DNA of 64,000 nt from Nageia nagi (Eukaryota; Plantae; Pinophyta), in the NCBI GenBank assembly GCA_050084985.1, contig JBITNC010000002.1, forward strand, positions 5,890,001-5,954,000. Reading direction: 5' to 3'. Under the pieces are notes generated by a model. It was given only the letters and a program-made list of their open reading frames with translations, made no database searches and was not told the DNA's origin. This document shows positions 60,249-64,000 of the stretch, piece after piece. The position numbers were made by a program, and so were the translations under genes. Each line of letters starts with the position of its first letter. The stretch's first letter is position 1.

Positions 60249-60780
60249 CTGTTTATATTGAATAATAAGAAACAATATGATATTAATATTCTCATTTGAA
60301 AGAAAATAAACATAATATTGCGAAGTTCCAAACTGACTAACGAAAAGCATGTTATTGTACACAATTATTAAGAAAAGTGTATTAGTCGGAAAACACAGGC
60401 TGTTCTTGAAAGACAAGGTATTCCTAAAACGTATGCCATATCAAGTTACTATGTTCCCACAATAATGTTGTCAATCATCACGGACAATGTTCTTTGTTCC
60501 ATAAACATGCTAAGCAGTTGGAATAACGCTGCCAATACATTCTAAAAGTCTTTGTCCAATCCTAGATGGATGATCCCATATCCATATCATTCAGTTATTA
60601 TCTTCCAGATGACATGACTCTATGTTATGTATCTTTGTATGTAATTCCTCCTTTCACCTTTGCAAGTTTTACATAGTCAATAAGATGATAATATGGCTAT
60701 GTTATGTATCTTTGTATGTAGTTTTTTCTTGCAAAATTTAGCAAGTCACCGATTTCTGTGTATCGCAGACCCCTGTCAAA

Positions 60781-61344
60781 TTGTCTCACTACTCTCAACA
60801 TTTTCTTCTTCCTGACTATATCAGCTTACACCTTTCCCTTGTACTGAGGATGTTCATTGGTCAAATGTGCATGTGTTCCCACCAGTTGTGGATTGAGACA
60901 AATCATCACCTAGCTCAAGAGTTGCGAGTTTGTCTCCTTTGTTCTTTGCGGACCGAATACGAGGATCATTTCATTTTTCGATGTTCAGTCTATTATGAGA
61001 TCAAAAATAGATATCATTGCCTTTTCCGATATTCACATAACTCGCTGACTAATTTTTTTCAGTATCCAAATCAGCATTGCCTAGCATTGTACCTTAGAGA
61101 GACCACCCTCCTGTGGAAGCATCTTCTAGCTTGCTACCAGCATCCGACAGGTGACTACCGCAACACATCTTTCTTTCCTTCTTCGCACATTGAGGGGTTG
61201 CATAGGAGACGACATCATGATTCTCTACCAAACACAGCATACAAGGAGACAATTGGATCCTTAGGACTCTTTTCAGACCCGTCCGATCACATCCTTCTTT
61301 CCTCCACGAGCAATCGCCTCACAGGTCAGACCTACAAAGAGTAG
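60781..61344 (+). mobile_element. RTE LINE C-terminal CCHC zinc-finger region, antisense in the SHH intron
   Basis: SHQLWIET...RVCLLC...EYEDHFIFRCSVYYEIKNRYHCLF. Confidence 0.8.
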
Positions 61345-61639
61345 AGAGCCTTTGCCTCAAGATGGAGTGCACTTGCAAATCCACTCTTATGGAGTTCCAA
61401 ACAGAGCCACTTCAGATTACCTTAGTTAGAGAGACCCAAGCTCTTCCTATAGGGTTTTTGGGATGCCCCATTGTACTATTGTTTTTATTTTGCTTTATGT
61501 TAGCTTTTACTTTATGTAGTGTGGGCCCAACAGGGGCTTAGCTAGTTTTTCTAACCATTTCTTCATTCAACGGTCCCATTGACTGCTTTTGGCCATCTGT
61601 GAACATTAATATAATTTCTTCTTTCTTTCTTTCTTTATT

Positions 61640-63477
61640 TCTACAACTTAAACTTCTAATGACTTTTGGGAATCCTCCCACACAAAAATCTGAGAATACA
61701 TAAATATTAAATACTTTCTTACTCCTACACACTTTTAACCCCTAAATCTAATAATAATGCAATCAGCCTTAATCCTTAAGGATTAAATTTCCAAAACTCT
61801 TCCCCCCCCAAAAACAAAAATTGTGCCTCAAAGTGCGTATAACATTATCTTCCAAAAATGCAAGCAATATCCTCAAAAAGAAAGCAATATCCTCAAAAAG
61901 AAGCACCTCAAGGATGAAGCCCATGTAGACCATGTATCATAACTAATCATGATAAATACCACAACTGTCATATATTCCACCACTGGAATATGCAATCATA
62001 GTATGAGCGGACTCAAAAGCTTTGTCTTCATTAGTCACCTTGTCTTCATGATGCTCCCTCTTATATTTGATCTTCTCCCATAGAGCCCAAAATTTTTTTG
62101 GCATCATGTCCCTTATGCTCGCAACAATCTTGAGAATGACTTCCACTTTTGTGAAACACAAAGAATCTTTTGAGGGGAATCAACCATCTTCTTTTAAAAA
62201 GTCTTCTCACATTCAGCAATTTTATGCACTAAAAGATCATATGTAAGAGACTTCATGTTACCACTTGCTTGAAGTGATTCTAGATAGTTGGAGTATGTTG
62301 GTGGAGAGCCTTGATATAAGTTGTGAGAGTAGTATCAACTTTGACACTTGCAACATCCACATTATGCATGATAGCCTTTATTTCCAAAGCTAAGGCCATG
62401 GAATTACCATCAACTCAAGGTTCACGAGCTTCAATTGAAATTGGATAAAGTCCAACTCCAAATGAGAATCATACAAGTCCCTTAATTTCTTCAAAGCTTT
62501 CCATGCATCATCTGAAATGGACTTGATGTTGCAATTAATTTCTTCACTCAGCAAAGAAAAAATCAAAGCATAAGCTTTCTTATTCTTTACATTCCATGAT
62601 GCATGCTTGTTTGCATACATTACCTTGATAAAAGGAGTGTCACCATCACAAACATCATCCCAAAAATCATTGAAAATAAGAGTGTTCATTATCTTTCTAT
62701 GCCATTCTTCTCAATTCTCCTTACTGATCAAAACAACACCAACAATGGAAACAAGAAAATGCATTGGTGTGAATTAGAAAACAAATGGCCTCTAAAAAGA
62801 TATGATCTTTAAAATGGATGCTTTAAAATCAATGATTACAACCAGTAGACTCAAAATTCAATCTCCTACTTCTATGTAGATGACTATCACAATTAGCTTC
62901 TATATCACTTTCATAGTCAAATTCAAGATGCGTTTTTGTAAGCCTTCTTCTATACTTTGCTACAAAAATCAAAACTGCAAGGCAACCGTTTGAAACTAAA
63001 TAGTCAAATGCCAATGATCCAATCTCTTTCATCACCTCAAACTGAGCATGGTAAAAACCATAGCCAACATCTAAATTCATCAAGAGAATTATTCACAAAA
63101 CTCAAAAAATCTCACACTCCAAATCATTGGATGATTTGAAATTGTTGGTGACCAAGCAGATTCATCTCATGTTTTGGCAAAGGTAGTTATTCCTCTATCC
63201 AGAAAAAGTGGTTATTATCAGTCCACATGGAGAGCCAAGAAATGGCAAAAAAAATGGACCAAGCTTTGAAGTGTCTTATCACTTCACCTTCATCAAGTCA
63301 CTCTCTAACTCCCTAAAGACTCTACAACTTCAATGTCCTATGACTTTTGGGAATACTCCTACATATAAATCCAAGAATACATAACTATTAAATACTTTCT
63401 CACTCCTACATCCATATAACCCCTAAATCTAATAATAATACAATCAACCTTAATCCCTAAGGATTAGGTTTCAACCA
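61640..63477 (-). mobile_element. Gag-only non-autonomous copia (TR-GAG-like)
   Basis: Direct repeats ~61640-61796 and ~63323-63477; PPT antisense (ctcttccccccc) at ~61797; copia gag WNVKNKKAYALI...AWKALKKLRDLYDSH (62390..62689); no pol. Confidence 0.75.
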
Positions 63478-63499
63478 CAACATAGTAGAATCATTAAAT

Positions 63500-63988
63500 C
63501 GCCATAGATGAACATGTGAATAAAAAAACGCATCACAAAGATATGGTACAGGTTGAATTCTTGGCCACATGCACCAACTTAGAGAAGATATTGAGATAAA
63601 GGAGTAGAAATTAGGAGGGTCTGGCTTTCTACAATAGATTTAATATACTAACAAAGAAGAAAAACAGCTATTCATATAATAACATGTAAATAGGAGCATA
63701 TTTATACTTGTTATCATCATTGGAAAATCATATCTTTATTTGCTTAATCACAAGATTTGGAGGTTGCTCCCTCAAAGTGGCCGGAAGTTCCCCCCCTCAA
63801 AGTGTTGGGAGCTATAATTTTTTATTTCTATTCTTTTATATTCTTGATTTGATCATTGTGAGTTATTCTTCATTTGATATTATATGAAGATATTATTTTT
63901 CTATTGATCTTCAATTATTTTATTTTGAGATAACTCAAATAATATTTAGTTATTTTATCACCAGGTCGATTACAAGTGGTATTAAAGC
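63500..63988 (+). mobile_element. Probable 5' LTR and PBS of an element continuing beyond the window
   Basis: ...TTACA at 63970-63974 followed by PBS-like TGGTATTAAAGC at 63977-63988; LTR start not determined. Confidence 0.45.
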
Positions 63989-64000
63989 ATTGATTTTTGT

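Noticed and set aside
60177-60416. 79-aa ORF as the SHH exon
   Set aside because: Wrong frame and mostly intronic; the real exon is 60185-60248.
60249-64000. Upstream homeodomain or linker exons of SHH
   Set aside because: No WFQ-type homeodomain motif or convincing phase-1 donor found. A poorly conserved linker exon cannot be fully excluded.

Overview
AT-rich, repeat-dominated plant nuclear DNA. The very long TE-filled introns and old LTR/RTE elements suggest a gymnosperm or conifer-type genome (inference). There is one host gene, on the minus strand: the 3' five coding exons of a SAWADEE HOMEODOMAIN HOMOLOG (SHH1/SHH2-family) histone-mark reader at 60248-60185, 40083-40032, 20101-19958, 19840-19721 and 19607-19563. 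All junctions are GT-AG and in phase. Two ~20 kb introns split the SAWADEE domain, and no homeodomain exons are recognisable, so they probably lie beyond 64000. Most of the rest is decayed, nested transposons. These include a full-length Ty1/copia with TSD (8193-16558), an inverted relative (~330-3240), RTE and L1 LINE fragments, and CRM-like Ty3/gypsy remnants. There are also two clean solo LTRs, deleted or gag-only copias, and a polyA retro-insert with a 16-bp TSD. The least explicable features are two pol-less gypsy-type elements (24297-30406, 47261-52999) in which gag is followed by ~3 kb of sense-strand, modular ORF of unknown identity, and an array of ~7 hairpins next to a TATA box upstream of a long retroelement accessory ORF. 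I see no prokaryotic-type system, CRISPR array, rRNA or intact tRNA.
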